A stretch of DNA of 64,000 bases from Candidatus Iainarchaeum sp. (lineage in GTDB: Archaea; Iainarchaeota; Iainarchaeia; Iainarchaeales; DTGL01): the NCBI GenBank assembly GCA_038895395.1, contig JAWANJ010000001.1:298-64297 (forward strand), written 5' to 3'. Positions 19,210-30,048 of this stretch are shown here, one piece after another. The notes beneath the pieces were generated by a model. That model had not been told where the DNA came from. It was given only the letters and a program-made list of their open reading frames with translations, and made no database searches. The translations under genes and the position numbers were made by a program. Every line of letters starts with the position of its first letter. The stretch's first letter is position 1.

Positions 19210-20628
19210 TCATTGTATTTCAAGACATCTAAAGATTTGTTCATCAAGTTTTTTATCCAGGATTTCTATGAATTCTTGGAGTTTTTCTCGCGGTATTTTT
19301 GCTCCAGCAGCTACTTGATGGCCGCCACCCTCAGCTTTTGTATCAAGTAATTCGCAACATAGCCTCATTAAAAGCCCAAGGTTCAAACCTTTTTTTACAA
19401 GTTCATAGTTTGCTCTTACACTGACTTTAATAAAGCCATCATCCGTTTCAGCAAAAGCAACTATGGGCTTTGTTGGGGATATCACATTGCTTGAGTAAAG
19501 CATTCCTGCCACAATCCCAATTATAGAATCTTTTATGCGTTTACCTGCGTTAAAATAGTAGAAATTTTTGGCTTCTTGAATGCCTTCCTTTAGCATGAGC
19601 TCTAAACCCTCACGAATGTTTTTTCTGTGTTCAACAAGCATGCTTAAAGCTTGTTTATAGTAATAACCCCTGTCGCCCATGCATATTTCAAATCCAATTT
19701 TTGAAAAGTTGTTCCTGCCACAGGCATTTAGAAGCGTTGCATACTCTTTTGCATCTCTAAGAGGCCCAGAAGACTCTTTGAGTAGTGTGTAAACGTTTCC
19801 GATGAGACGCGTTATTTTCCATTCAGGAACCTCATTTGAGCGCAAGTAAACTATAAGTGCTGTTGCCAATCTTTGTTTTTCTTCTAGCATAAGGTCTTCA
19901 TAACAGAGCCAGTGATCATTTCTTTTTAACTCAAAACCATTTTCTATTAGAAAGTGTGTTGTGTTTTCTTCGTTGCCTGTAAGTCCTGGAAGTATTGGGT
20001 CTAAGGAATATGCAATAAATTGCACTAAAGGCCTTGTAAATCTTCCATAAAGCCTTATGTCTTTTTTTACTTCTATTAGATTTTTGTTTTCAGCCTCTTT
20101 TAGTATTAAATTATTGAGCCCTTTTAGAGAGCCATCAATATCCTGAATGTCCCCCAAAGAACCAATTATGGCAAGATGTGCTGAGTCCTCAACATTTGAA
20201 ATTTTTTTAGCAACCAGGTAAGTAAGGGTTGAGCTACTGGCGTCTGTTGAGCCATTTATGTTAAAGTGCCAACAATTTAGAATATTGTCTGTTTTAGGAG
20301 CTTTTGGCTGATGGTGATCTATCACAACAAAGTTATTGCCAAGGGTTTCTTTTAACTCATCTATGTAGGATGACCCAAAATCTAAAAATACAAAAAATTT
20401 GTTCAATTCTGCGAGCTCTTTAGCAGTGTCTTTGTACATCTGCTTTAGCGCTTTTGAGGAAAAACTTTTGTTTGCATCTTGAAGGGCTTTTGCCATTATT
20501 GCCGCACTTGCTATGCCGTCTGCATCGTAATGGTGAATTATTAGGATGTCATCACTATGAAGTATTTTTTCAGCTACTATAGTTGCATGCAGCTCTAGGT
20601 TTTTTATTTTATCATCTTGGCAAGTCAT
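19210..20628 (-). CDS. DHH/DHHA1 phosphoesterase (RecJ-like / NrnA-like)
   Basis: DHH motifs (IIHHYDADGIASA, VIDHHQP) and the DHHA1 GGGH motif (EGGGHQVAAGA). Confidence 0.7.
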   Translation of the reverse strand: MTCQDDKIKNLELHATIVAEKILHSDDILIIHHYDADGIASAAIMAKALQDANKSFSSKALKQMYKDTAKELAELNKFFVFLDFGSSYIDELKETLGNNFVVIDHHQPKAPKTDNILNCWHFNINGSTDASSSTLTYLVAKKISNVEDSAHLAIIGSLGDIQDIDGSLKGLNNLILKEAENKNLIEVKKDIRLYGRFTRPLVQFIAYSLDPILPGLTGNEENTTHFLIENGFELKRNDHWLCYEDLMLEEKQRLATALIVYLRSNEVPEWKITRLIGNVYTLLKESSGPLRDAKEYATLLNACGRNNFSKIGFEICMGDRGYYYKQALSMLVEHRKNIREGLELMLKEGIQEAKNFYYFNAGKRIKDSIIGIVAGMLYSSNVISPTKPIVAFAETDDGFIKVSVRANYELVKKGLNLGLLMRLCCELLDTKAEGGGHQVAAGAKIPREKLQEFIEILDKKLDEQIFRCLEIQ

Positions 20629-20726
20629 TACTAATATGTGCTTTTATTATTGTTTAAAACTTAATCTTGGTGCTTTTCCCTTAAAAGCCGGAAATAGTTT
20701 AGGTTGGGGTTAAATATATTTTACCT

Positions 20727-22043
20727 TTGTTGAAAAGTTTTTTTATGAGTCTTTTCAAAAAGTTTCTCAAGATTTTCTTTAGAGCACGGAGAGAAAAAAC
20801 TTTAAAGATGAGCGTCGAAAATGCAAAAAAAAGGTTGAGTGATTTAAGAAACAGAAATCGTGCACTCAAAGAAGAAATACCACGCTTATTTTCAGAAATA
20901 AGGGAAGAACTTGCAGAGCTAAGAAAACTCGTCGGTGAGCTTGAATTTGAGTCTCCAGAGATGGAAAACGTGCACTTTAAGAAGGTTGTACAGACTAGCA
21001 AAAAAGATTTTGTGAGAAAGGCTTTGATGCTTTTAGATAAGCTTGAACCACCGCTTAAAATAAATGTGACCTCTGTAAAGAGATACTATGAAAATGCTAA
21101 TAAAGAGATTGAGAGGAGTATTTTCAGCAGCAGAAAAAACATAAGTTATGCTTCTGTAGGGCTTCCAAAACATATGAGGGCTATTGGGCAAAACTTTGAC
21201 TCAATTTCTAAAAGACTTCAAACACTTGGAAGCGTAATCTCAGAAAATAAAGATATTTTTTCTGAAGTTGTTGACATCAAGATTTCTGATTTAGAAAAGG
21301 TTGATGGAAAAATAAAAGAGCTCAACAATGAACTAAAAGAATTGGATGCAAAAATCGCCCCCATAGAAGCTGAGCTACAAATGCTAAATAGAGAGATTTC
21401 ATTACTGATGGAATCAAAAGAAGCAAAAACAGCTTTTGCACTTATTGATGAGAAAAAAAATTTAGAAGAAAAAAAAGCAAAAATCAAAGACGGGGTTGTT
21501 TCTGAGCTAACTTCACTTAGAAGAATGCTGAAGAAGTTTGAAAATTTATGCAAAAAAGGTGGTTATGAGCTAAGCCATGATGTTTTGTCAAATCTTGAAA
21601 AGATGATTCGAAACAGTGAGCTTTTGTTAAAGGCAGATCCCAAGGGCGAAAGCATTAAGCAAGTGCTAAAAGAGCTTAAACACAGCATAGAAACAAGGGC
21701 TTTACCAGTTAAAGAAGAGGAAGTTGAAATTTATCTAAAAAGGGTCGATAACCTATTGGCTAAAGATTTTTTCAGCGATTTCTTTTGGCCTTTAAATGAG
21801 ATTGACGCGAGGATTATACAAATTGATAAGGAACTTAAAGATAATACGACAAGCACAAAAATTGCTGATATTAAGCAAGAGATCTCAAGGTTAGAGCGTG
21901 AGATAAGCTCTTTGAAGCTCAGCAGAGAGAAGATTTATAAAAGCATGGATCTTTTGAATGAAGAACTTAAGAGAAAGGCTGAAGAGCTTTCCGTAGTGCT
22001 TTCAGAGATTTTTTGTCAAAAAGTTTTAGTAGAGGTGCACTGA
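20727..22043 (+). CDS. hypothetical coiled-coil protein (438 aa)
   Basis: Heptad-rich, K/E/L-dominated sequence. No enzymatic motif. Confidence 0.4.
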   Translation: MLKSFFMSLFKKFLKIFFRARREKTLKMSVENAKKRLSDLRNRNRALKEEIPRLFSEIREELAELRKLVGELEFESPEMENVHFKKVVQTSKKDFVRKALMLLDKLEPPLKINVTSVKRYYENANKEIERSIFSSRKNISYASVGLPKHMRAIGQNFDSISKRLQTLGSVISENKDIFSEVVDIKISDLEKVDGKIKELNNELKELDAKIAPIEAELQMLNREISLLMESKEAKTAFALIDEKKNLEEKKAKIKDGVVSELTSLRRMLKKFENLCKKGGYELSHDVLSNLEKMIRNSELLLKADPKGESIKQVLKELKHSIETRALPVKEEEVEIYLKRVDNLLAKDFFSDFFWPLNEIDARIIQIDKELKDNTTSTKIADIKQEISRLEREISSLKLSREKIYKSMDLLNEELKRKAEELSVVLSEIFCQKVLVEVH

Positions 22044-22597
22044 TGGTTTTGGTCGCAATAACAGGAAACATTGCCTGTGGCAAAAGCACATTATTAAATG
22101 AGTTTAGAAAATTAGGAGAAAAATGCATAGATTGTGATGAGATAAGCCGTGAAGTTTATAAGCTAAAAACTGTAAAAAAGATGTTGGTAAAAACTTTTGG
22201 TACTTGTGACAGAAAAAAGATTGCAAAAATTGTTTTCAGAGATCACAAAGCAAGAAAAAAATTGGAAGCCATAATTCACCCATTTATTTTAAGAAGGTTA
22301 AAAAGGTTTATAGATTCGAGAAGTGAAGACAGGTTTTTTATTGAAGTTCCATTATTGTATGAATGCTCACTTGAAAAGTTTTTTGACTATGTGGTTGTTG
22401 TGAAGGCCCCAAAGAAGATACAATTAAAAAGAATTGTCAGCCGTGGGTTAACTGAAGAAGAAGCTTTATTGAGAATCAAAACACAGTTTCCTCTAAGCAA
22501 AAAGATAAAGATGGCTGACTTTGTTGTTGATGGCACTAAAAACAAAAGTCAATTAAAACAGATTGCAAAAGATATTATTGAGAGGGTGAAAACTTGA
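22043..22597 (+). CDS. coaE: dephospho-CoA kinase, bacterial type
   Basis: P-loop VAITGNIACGKST near the N-terminus, ~185 aa. The ATG overlaps the upstream TGA (TGATG). Confidence 0.75.
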   Translation: MVLVAITGNIACGKSTLLNEFRKLGEKCIDCDEISREVYKLKTVKKMLVKTFGTCDRKKIAKIVFRDHKARKKLEAIIHPFILRRLKRFIDSRSEDRFFIEVPLLYECSLEKFFDYVVVVKAPKKIQLKRIVSRGLTEEEALLRIKTQFPLSKKIKMADFVVDGTKNKSQLKQIAKDIIERVKT

Positions 22598-23097
22598 AAA
22601 ACCAAAGCACAAACCCCAAGGTTGCCGTATATCCTGGAACATTTGATCCTATAACTTATGGTCATATTGATGTAATCGAGCGCGCCAGCAAAATTTTTGA
22701 TAAGGTTATTGTTGCTGTAACAAACAATCCTCGGAAACAACCTTTGTTTACAGTAGAAGAGAGGGTTACTCTAGCAAAAGAAGCGTTAAAACACATACCA
22801 AACATCGAAGTTGATAGTTTCGAAGGTTTGCTTGTGAACTATATGAAAAGCAAAAAAGCAAAGACCGTTTTGCGCGGCCTACGTGAAATGAGTGATTTTA
22901 GCTATGAGTTTCAGCAGGCGATAATTAATAGAAAACTCTACGAAGAGATTGACACTGTTTTTATTATGACGAGTCCAAAGTATTTTTACATCAATTCTAG
23001 TGTTGTTAAAGAGCTGGCCTCGTTAGGTGCATGCATCAAAGAGCTTGTACCACCAGTTGTTGAAAAAAAGATTTTTGAGAAATTCAAGAAATCTTAG
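22594..23097 (+). CDS. coaD: phosphopantetheine adenylyltransferase, bacterial type
   Basis: VYPGTFDPITYGHIDVIERA (T/HxGH nucleotidyltransferase motif), 167 aa. TTG start overlaps the coaE TGA (TTGA). Confidence 0.85.
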   Translation: MKNQSTNPKVAVYPGTFDPITYGHIDVIERASKIFDKVIVAVTNNPRKQPLFTVEERVTLAKEALKHIPNIEVDSFEGLLVNYMKSKKAKTVLRGLREMSDFSYEFQQAIINRKLYEEIDTVFIMTSPKYFYINSSVVKELASLGACIKELVPPVVEKKIFEKFKKS

Positions 23098-23929
23098 CAT
23101 GTTTTGTGCCTTTTAACAGGTTATCTTTGTATTTTCTGAATTCGAGAATAATATCAATTGCGCGCTCTCTTTCTCTTTCTTTGTTTAAATATCTTTTTTC
23201 ACGATCAGCAAGCATCAGAAGATGTTTCATTTTTTTCTCTATTTGATATGGTTCCAGAAGTGGTTTTTCAGATTTTTTAATGTTAGATTTAAGCTCTTGT
23301 TCAGTTATGTTATATTTTACCAGGATTTCCTTTTCTATTGCTTCTAGTTGCTCAACTTTTATCTTTTCAAATATGTTACAAAGAGCAATGCTTTGCACGC
23401 CTTTAAAGGGGATTGTTCTTTTGTGCATTGCACTAACAAAAGAAGGCACCTTTTTAAACAATGCTAAGTTGTCCTGTGTTTCCAAGAGTAATTTTTGAAG
23501 TTTGTCTGTACTTAGCTGCAAATATAGGAGCCTTGTTTTTATTGGCTCTATCATGTGTTTGTATTCTCGAATTGTTAAGGACCTCTTCAGGAAATCATGT
23601 TTTAGGGTGGTCTCTATTGACTTTAAGAATTGCATTTCTGATTTATTTTTGTTTATAAGTGTATGGCACACTTTGGCGAGGTTTTCGAAGCCTATCTGCT
23701 CCGTTTTATTCTTTAGAACATCCTTTTTTAGTTTATTGATTTCCTTTATCACATGCTTTTCAATATCCGTGCTAGGAATTTTACTTAGCAAAAAAGCGTC
23801 AATCTCTTTTAGTCGCTGCTGCCTTATACGTTTTAGGGCTTTCTTTAGGTTGTCTTTGTTTGTAAACGCTGTTACAGTCATATATCTAGTAACCTTCTTT
23901 TCTTTAAAAAAATATGTTTTGTTTTTCAA
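23084..23929 (-). CDS. hypothetical K/E-rich alpha-helical protein (281 aa)
   Basis: Long ORF, low-complexity helical. No motif. Confidence 0.35.
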   Translation of the reverse strand: MKNKTYFFKEKKVTRYMTVTAFTNKDNLKKALKRIRQQRLKEIDAFLLSKIPSTDIEKHVIKEINKLKKDVLKNKTEQIGFENLAKVCHTLINKNKSEMQFLKSIETTLKHDFLKRSLTIREYKHMIEPIKTRLLYLQLSTDKLQKLLLETQDNLALFKKVPSFVSAMHKRTIPFKGVQSIALCNIFEKIKVEQLEAIEKEILVKYNITEQELKSNIKKSEKPLLEPYQIEKKMKHLLMLADREKRYLNKERERERAIDIILEFRKYKDNLLKGTKHAKIS

Positions 23930-23970
23930 TGTTTGGTTAAGTCGATTTTTTACAAAAACACAGCAGATAC

Positions 23971-24735
23971 GTGAAAAGCATAATGGTTTTAAGTAGTTTC
24001 ATTCATAATTATGTATATATGGAAAGTGAATGTAAAAACTGTGCAGAACTAAAGCTTAAGATTGCAAAACTTCAAAAAGAATTGAAAGAGAAAGAAAGGG
24101 TGATAAGCGATTTAAAATCAAAGGTTGGATCGGCGAGCCTTTTTGAGTTTTCTGAAAAAGGATTGAGGCTGCAGCTTTATAGGCTTCTTCTAAAAAAATA
24201 TGCCTCGATAATAAATGAAAGGGAAAAGAAAACAGTGGGAGAAATAAAGGGCCTTATAAACAAAGATGACCTTACAGTACAAACATTAGCAGAACAATTC
24301 AAAAAGGATGGCTATAGTTATGAAAAGGATTTTTTGAGTGCAGCAAAAAAGGCCTTTGAGTTTATTAAGAAGGAGGTAAAGTATGTAAGTCTAGACATCG
24401 ACCTAAATTTTTGGCTCACACCAAATGAAATTTTGACTGGAAAGGTCGCAGATGATGAAGACCTAGCTGTTTTTCTTTGTTCTATCCTTTATGCCTTAGG
24501 AAACGAAAACGCAAGCGTCACAATAGCAGAACTTGAAGATTTAAGGACTCACGCTTTTGTTATGTTTGATTACAAGGGCAAAACATATTTTTTGGACCCT
24601 ACACAGGATCACGAGTTTGAACAGTACTCGGGCGATATCTTTGAGCTCTTCCAAAAGTTCTCCTTTGATGGTTTTAAGATAAGACGTCTTCTATACAAGT
24701 TTAACCACTTTGAGTATCGACAATTTATTGAGTAG
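23971..24735 (+). CDS. hypothetical protein, possible transglutaminase-like Cys-His-Asp fold
   Basis: Ordered FLCSILYALG (Cys) ... THAFVMF (His) ... LDPTQD (Asp), reminiscent of transglutaminase-like cysteine peptidases. Weak. Confidence 0.35.
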   Translation: MKSIMVLSSFIHNYVYMESECKNCAELKLKIAKLQKELKEKERVISDLKSKVGSASLFEFSEKGLRLQLYRLLLKKYASIINEREKKTVGEIKGLINKDDLTVQTLAEQFKKDGYSYEKDFLSAAKKAFEFIKKEVKYVSLDIDLNFWLTPNEILTGKVADDEDLAVFLCSILYALGNENASVTIAELEDLRTHAFVMFDYKGKTYFLDPTQDHEFEQYSGDIFELFQKFSFDGFKIRRLLYKFNHFEYRQFIE

Positions 24736-24768
24736 ATTATTTATTACTTTTCAAGAGTTTTCTGTAGT

Positions 24769-25197
24769 ATGAACAAAGAAAAAAGCGCAGGTGCAGTTGT
24801 TTTTTATGGTTTTGACCCTAGATTGTATTTGCTTTTGCATTACTCGAAAGGACATTGGGACTTTCCAAAAGGGCATGTTGAAAAAAATGAAAGCGACCTT
24901 GAGGCAATGCTTCGAGAGCTAAAAGAAGAAACAGGCATAAGTGACGTAGTTGTAATTCCAGGGTTTCGAGAAACTATATCGTATTTTTTTTCAGAAAATG
25001 GAAGAAAGGTCAGCAAAACAGTTACTTTGTTTCTTGTCAAGAGTAAAACACAAAACGTGGTTTTATCTAGCGAGCATGTTGGTTACGCTTGGCTTCCTTA
25101 TGAAGAAGCTTTAAAGAAAATAACTTTTAAGAATGCTGCAGAAGTATTAAAAAAAGCCAACGATTTTTTGAAACAGAAACGCCTTTTTGAGACTTAA
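24769..25197 (+). CDS. Nudix hydrolase
   Basis: Canonical Nudix box GHVEKNESDLEAMLRELKEETGI. Confidence 0.75.
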   Translation: MNKEKSAGAVVFYGFDPRLYLLLHYSKGHWDFPKGHVEKNESDLEAMLRELKEETGISDVVVIPGFRETISYFFSENGRKVSKTVTLFLVKSKTQNVVLSSEHVGYAWLPYEEALKKITFKNAAEVLKKANDFLKQKRLFET

Positions 25198-26221
25198 AAT
25201 TTATTGTTCCTATTTTAAAATTTTTCCATGGTTGCTATATTTCATGCATGAGTATAGGAAAGATTACTTAACCGATGAATGGGTCATAATAGCTACTTCA
25301 AGAATGCAAAGACCTCACCACTTAAAAACAGTAGTAAAGAGAACTCCAAAAAGCAAGTGTCCTTTTTGTCCAGAGCACGAATCTTGGACACCACAGGAAA
25401 TAAAACGTTATCCGGAAGGTTCAAAAAAATGGAGAAAAAGGGTGGTACCAAACAAATTCCCAGCAGTGGTTAATAAAGGGAATATAAACTATGTTAAAGA
25501 AAATTTTTTGGAAAGAATGACTGCTTTTGGCGTACATGAGGTTATTATAGAAACACCGGATCACACGAAAGATTTGTGTGATTTGAGCGAGGATGAAATT
25601 GCGGAGTTATTTTTTGTTTATAAGGAATGTTTCGAAAGAGTAGCAAAGGATAAGAGAATTTCAGAGGTTGTTATTTTTAAAAACCAAGGCGCAAATGCCG
25701 GGGCAAGTCTTTCTCACGCACATTCACAGATAATTGCAACAAACAGGATATCAGAACGCTTTGGCTCAAAGCTTAAGGCATTTGTGAAATACAAGCAAAA
25801 GCACAAGTTTTGCCCATATTGTAAGATTATAGAAATTGAAGAAAAATCAAAACGTGCTGTTTATTCTGGCAAGAATGTTGTTGCTTTTACACCTTTTGCA
25901 TCAAGAGCCGCGTATGAGCTTTGGCTTTTCCCGAGAAAGCACACCCCAAATATTTTGAACCTAGACATTGAAACTATGAAAGAATTTGCTGCAGTGCTTA
26001 AGAGGGTTTTGATTTCTTTAAGAAAAATAAACGCTGACTTTAATTATTTTATCCATATGCCATGCAAGGGCGACTTTCATATGCACATGTGCATATTGCC
26101 CAGAGTTATTCAACGTGCAGGTTATGAAGAAGCAACTGAGTGCGTAATAAATGTCGTTTCTCCAGAAGACGCTGCTGCTTTATATAGAAAAAATATTAAA
26201 GACCTAAAATGCCAGAAGTAA
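25187..26221 (+). CDS. galactose-1-phosphate uridylyltransferase family (HIT-like nucleotidyl transferase/phosphorylase)
   Basis: Zn site CPFCPEHE...RVVPNKFPAV and the active-site SHAHSQII (HxHxQ) motif. Confidence 0.75.
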   Translation: MRLKIYCSYFKIFPWLLYFMHEYRKDYLTDEWVIIATSRMQRPHHLKTVVKRTPKSKCPFCPEHESWTPQEIKRYPEGSKKWRKRVVPNKFPAVVNKGNINYVKENFLERMTAFGVHEVIIETPDHTKDLCDLSEDEIAELFFVYKECFERVAKDKRISEVVIFKNQGANAGASLSHAHSQIIATNRISERFGSKLKAFVKYKQKHKFCPYCKIIEIEEKSKRAVYSGKNVVAFTPFASRAAYELWLFPRKHTPNILNLDIETMKEFAAVLKRVLISLRKINADFNYFIHMPCKGDFHMHMCILPRVIQRAGYEEATECVINVVSPEDAAALYRKNIKDLKCQK

Positions 26222-27606
26222 AATCAGAAATTTTCAGAGAATATGATATCAGGGGCCATGAATCGGAACTTGATGATAAAACCACATATCTTATTGGCAA
26301 AGCATTTGGAAGCTTTGTTTTAAGAACATCTGGAGATGAGATTGTAGTAGGTAGAGACAATAGAAAAAGCAGTGAGAGAATAAAAAAGGCTTTTTGCAAG
26401 GGTGTTATAGACAGTGGATGTAATATCATAGATATTGGCTTGGTGCCTATCCCTGCACTGTATTTTGCAATAATAGAGCTTAACACATACGGCGGCGCGA
26501 TGATCACAGGCTCTCACTTAGCAAAAGATTTTAACGGCTTAAAGCTAAGTGCATCGAAAAACGCATTAACATTGTATGGCCCTCAGATTGCAAAGCTCAG
26601 AGAAATGATCATAGGCGAAGATTTTGAGTCTGGCAATGGTAAATTAGAAAAAAGCGAAATCTTAGACATTTATGTTGAAAATGTTCTAAAGAGAATAAAA
26701 ATTGAGGAGCCTCTCAAGGTTGTTGTTGACTGCGGTAATGGTTGTTCTTCACTTGTCGCTGAACAGATTTTTGAGGGTGCTGGGTGCAAAGCAAAAATGC
26801 TTTTTTGTGAATTGGATGGAAACTTTCCTAATCATCACCCCGACCCAGCGGAGCCAGAAAATTTGCACACTCTAATAAAAGAAGTAAAAAAGCAAAAGGC
26901 GGCCTTGGGAGTGGCTTTTGATGGTGACGCTGATAGAATTGGTGCAGTAAGCGAAAATGGAACAATAGTTGCGGGGGACTATTTATTGGCTATATTTGCC
27001 AAAGATTTACTTAAGAGGAAAAAAAATGCAAAGATAGTCTTTGAGGTGAAGTGTTCCCAAGCGTTAAAAGAAATTATTGAGGCTTATGGTGGCATACCAA
27101 TTATGTATAAGACCGGTCACTCGCTAATAAAAAATAAAATGGTTGAGGAAGGCGCACTGCTAGCAGGAGAAATGTCTGGGCATATGTTTTTTAGGGAAAA
27201 TTATTATGGTTTTGACGATGCAGTTTATGCTTCTATGAAGCTGTGTGAGATCTTGTCTAAAGAGGATAAAAGTTTGAGTAAAATTATTGGTGAGTTACCT
27301 CGCTATTATATTACACCAGAAATTAGACTTTCATGCACTGAGTCTGATAAGTGGAAAATTGTTGAAAAGATAATTGATCACTTTGAAGGAAAATATAATG
27401 TAATAAAAATTGATGGAGCAAGGGTGTTGCTTGATGATGGCTGGTTTTTGGTAAGGGCGAGCAACACCAGCGCAAAGATCATAGTTAGGGCAGAATCAAA
27501 GAGCAAAACTAAATTAAACAACACGCTAAATTTACTTTCTAAAAAGCTCATTGAAATTGGGCTAAAAAAAGAGGAGGCAATCAAGATACTTGACTATAGA
27601 GTTTAA
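26209..27606 (+). CDS. phosphoglucomutase/phosphomannomutase
   Basis: Mg-binding loop GVAFDGDADRIG. Active-Ser loop ITGSHLA, a variant of the canonical TASHNP. 465 aa. Confidence 0.8.
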   Translation: MPEVKSEIFREYDIRGHESELDDKTTYLIGKAFGSFVLRTSGDEIVVGRDNRKSSERIKKAFCKGVIDSGCNIIDIGLVPIPALYFAIIELNTYGGAMITGSHLAKDFNGLKLSASKNALTLYGPQIAKLREMIIGEDFESGNGKLEKSEILDIYVENVLKRIKIEEPLKVVVDCGNGCSSLVAEQIFEGAGCKAKMLFCELDGNFPNHHPDPAEPENLHTLIKEVKKQKAALGVAFDGDADRIGAVSENGTIVAGDYLLAIFAKDLLKRKKNAKIVFEVKCSQALKEIIEAYGGIPIMYKTGHSLIKNKMVEEGALLAGEMSGHMFFRENYYGFDDAVYASMKLCEILSKEDKSLSKIIGELPRYYITPEIRLSCTESDKWKIVEKIIDHFEGKYNVIKIDGARVLLDDGWFLVRASNTSAKIIVRAESKSKTKLNNTLNLLSKKLIEIGLKKEEAIKILDYRV

Positions 27607-27678
27607 CTGCTTTTTTGAAGATGTAATTTGGAGTTTAAGTTGGGGTTATTGGATTAGTTTTAAATTATTTTAGACTGT

Positions 27679-28703
<1,025 letters not shown>

Positions 28704-28707
28704 TTAG

Positions 28708-29944
28708 ATGGCTGGGCTAAAATTAAATGAAATTGTTAAGAACATTGAGGAGGTTAATTTCAGCGAGGTTGAAAACAAGGTTGTTTTGCTAAGAGTTGAT
28801 TTAAACAGCTCAGTTAAGGATGGAAAGCTTCTAAAAAGCCCAAGAATTGTGGGTCACTTTCGTACCATAAAAACCTTTTTAGATCACAAGGCCAGGTTAG
28901 TTATACTAGCACATCAGGGACGAAAAAGGCAGAGAAGATTTTATCTCTTTGAAACAGCATGTTGAAATGTTAAAGCAAATGCTAGGAGATGAAATCGAAT
29001 TCTGTACTTGGGACGAAGATTATGTTGCTAAGATAAAAAACCTTAAACCTGGCAAGGCCTTAATGCTAGAAAACACCAGGTTTTTAGACTTTGAAACCAA
29101 TGAGATAAGCAAAGAAGAGCACGCAAAGAATCCTGTGATTCAGAAGATTGCTTCAGTCAGCGACATGTTTGTGTTGGATGCTTTAAGTGTGTCACATAGG
29201 TGCCATGCGAGCGTTGTTGGTTTTATACCTTTGTTGAAAAGCTACGCTGGGCCTATTTTATATTCTGAACTTAAGGCTTTGGCAAAGATGTCTAAAATAA
29301 AGGGCAAATCAACCTTCGTGTTAGGTGGTATGAAACCGGATGACTCTATTTATATAATGGAAAAGATGCTTAGTTCAGGAAAGGCGAGCAAAGTACTATT
29401 AGGTGGAGGCTTAGGTGAGTTAGCGTTAATTGCTAATGGTGTAAAACTTGGTGGTAAAGAGCAGGTACTTAAAGATAAAGGCATGATGGAATTTGTACCA
29501 AAACTTAGAGATCTTATTAAGAAGTATAAAAAAGAGATTGTATTACCACAAGATTTAGCGATTGAAAAAAACACCCTTCGCGAGGAGGTTTCTATAAAGA
29601 GTTTACCTGTAAACGAAATGACTTTTGACATAGGTGAAAAAACAGCAGACCTATATTCTAAAGAGATAAAAAAAGCGAAGGTTATAATTGCAAACGGTCC
29701 AGTAGGCAAATTCGAAGCAGAGTACTTTTCGTTTGGCACAAGAAAGGTTCTTGATGCAATGGCAAATTCAAAAGGATTTAGTTTGGTTGGCGGAGGAGAC
29801 ACAGTAACAGCGATAGCCAGACTGGGTTTCAAAGAAAGTGAGTTCGACCATGTAAGCTTGGCAGGGAAAGCCTTGCTTGAGCTGCTTGCTGGTGAAGAGT
29901 TGTTTGGTCTTGAAGCTCTTGCCGAAGCAAAGTACAAAAAATAA
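28708..29944 (+). pseudogene. pgk: phosphoglycerate kinase interrupted by a +1 frameshift in an A5 homopolymer (28923-28927); could equally be a sequencing error
   Basis: ORF 28708-28965 is the PGK N-terminus (…VLLRVDLNSSVKDGKL…LVILAHQGR). ORF 28949-29944 is the rest. Removing one A from cgaAAAAAggc restores ...HQGRKGEDFISLKQHVEML... Confidence 0.7.
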
Positions 29945-30048
29945 ATAGCTTGTTTTGTTTTTACTAGTTTTATTTTCACTTATTTTTGAAAGCAATTCTT
30001 TTTAAATCTAAAAGTCATTATTTATTATAAAATCATTTTGTGATATAG

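Noticed and set aside
28949-29944. Treating 28708-28965 and 28949-29944 as two separate genes
   Set aside because: Both are collinear fragments of one phosphoglycerate kinase. A single extra A in an A5 run accounts for the split.
29350-29979. 209-aa minus-strand ORF
   Set aside because: Antisense to the pgk C-terminal region. Low-complexity Ser/Pro-rich translation.
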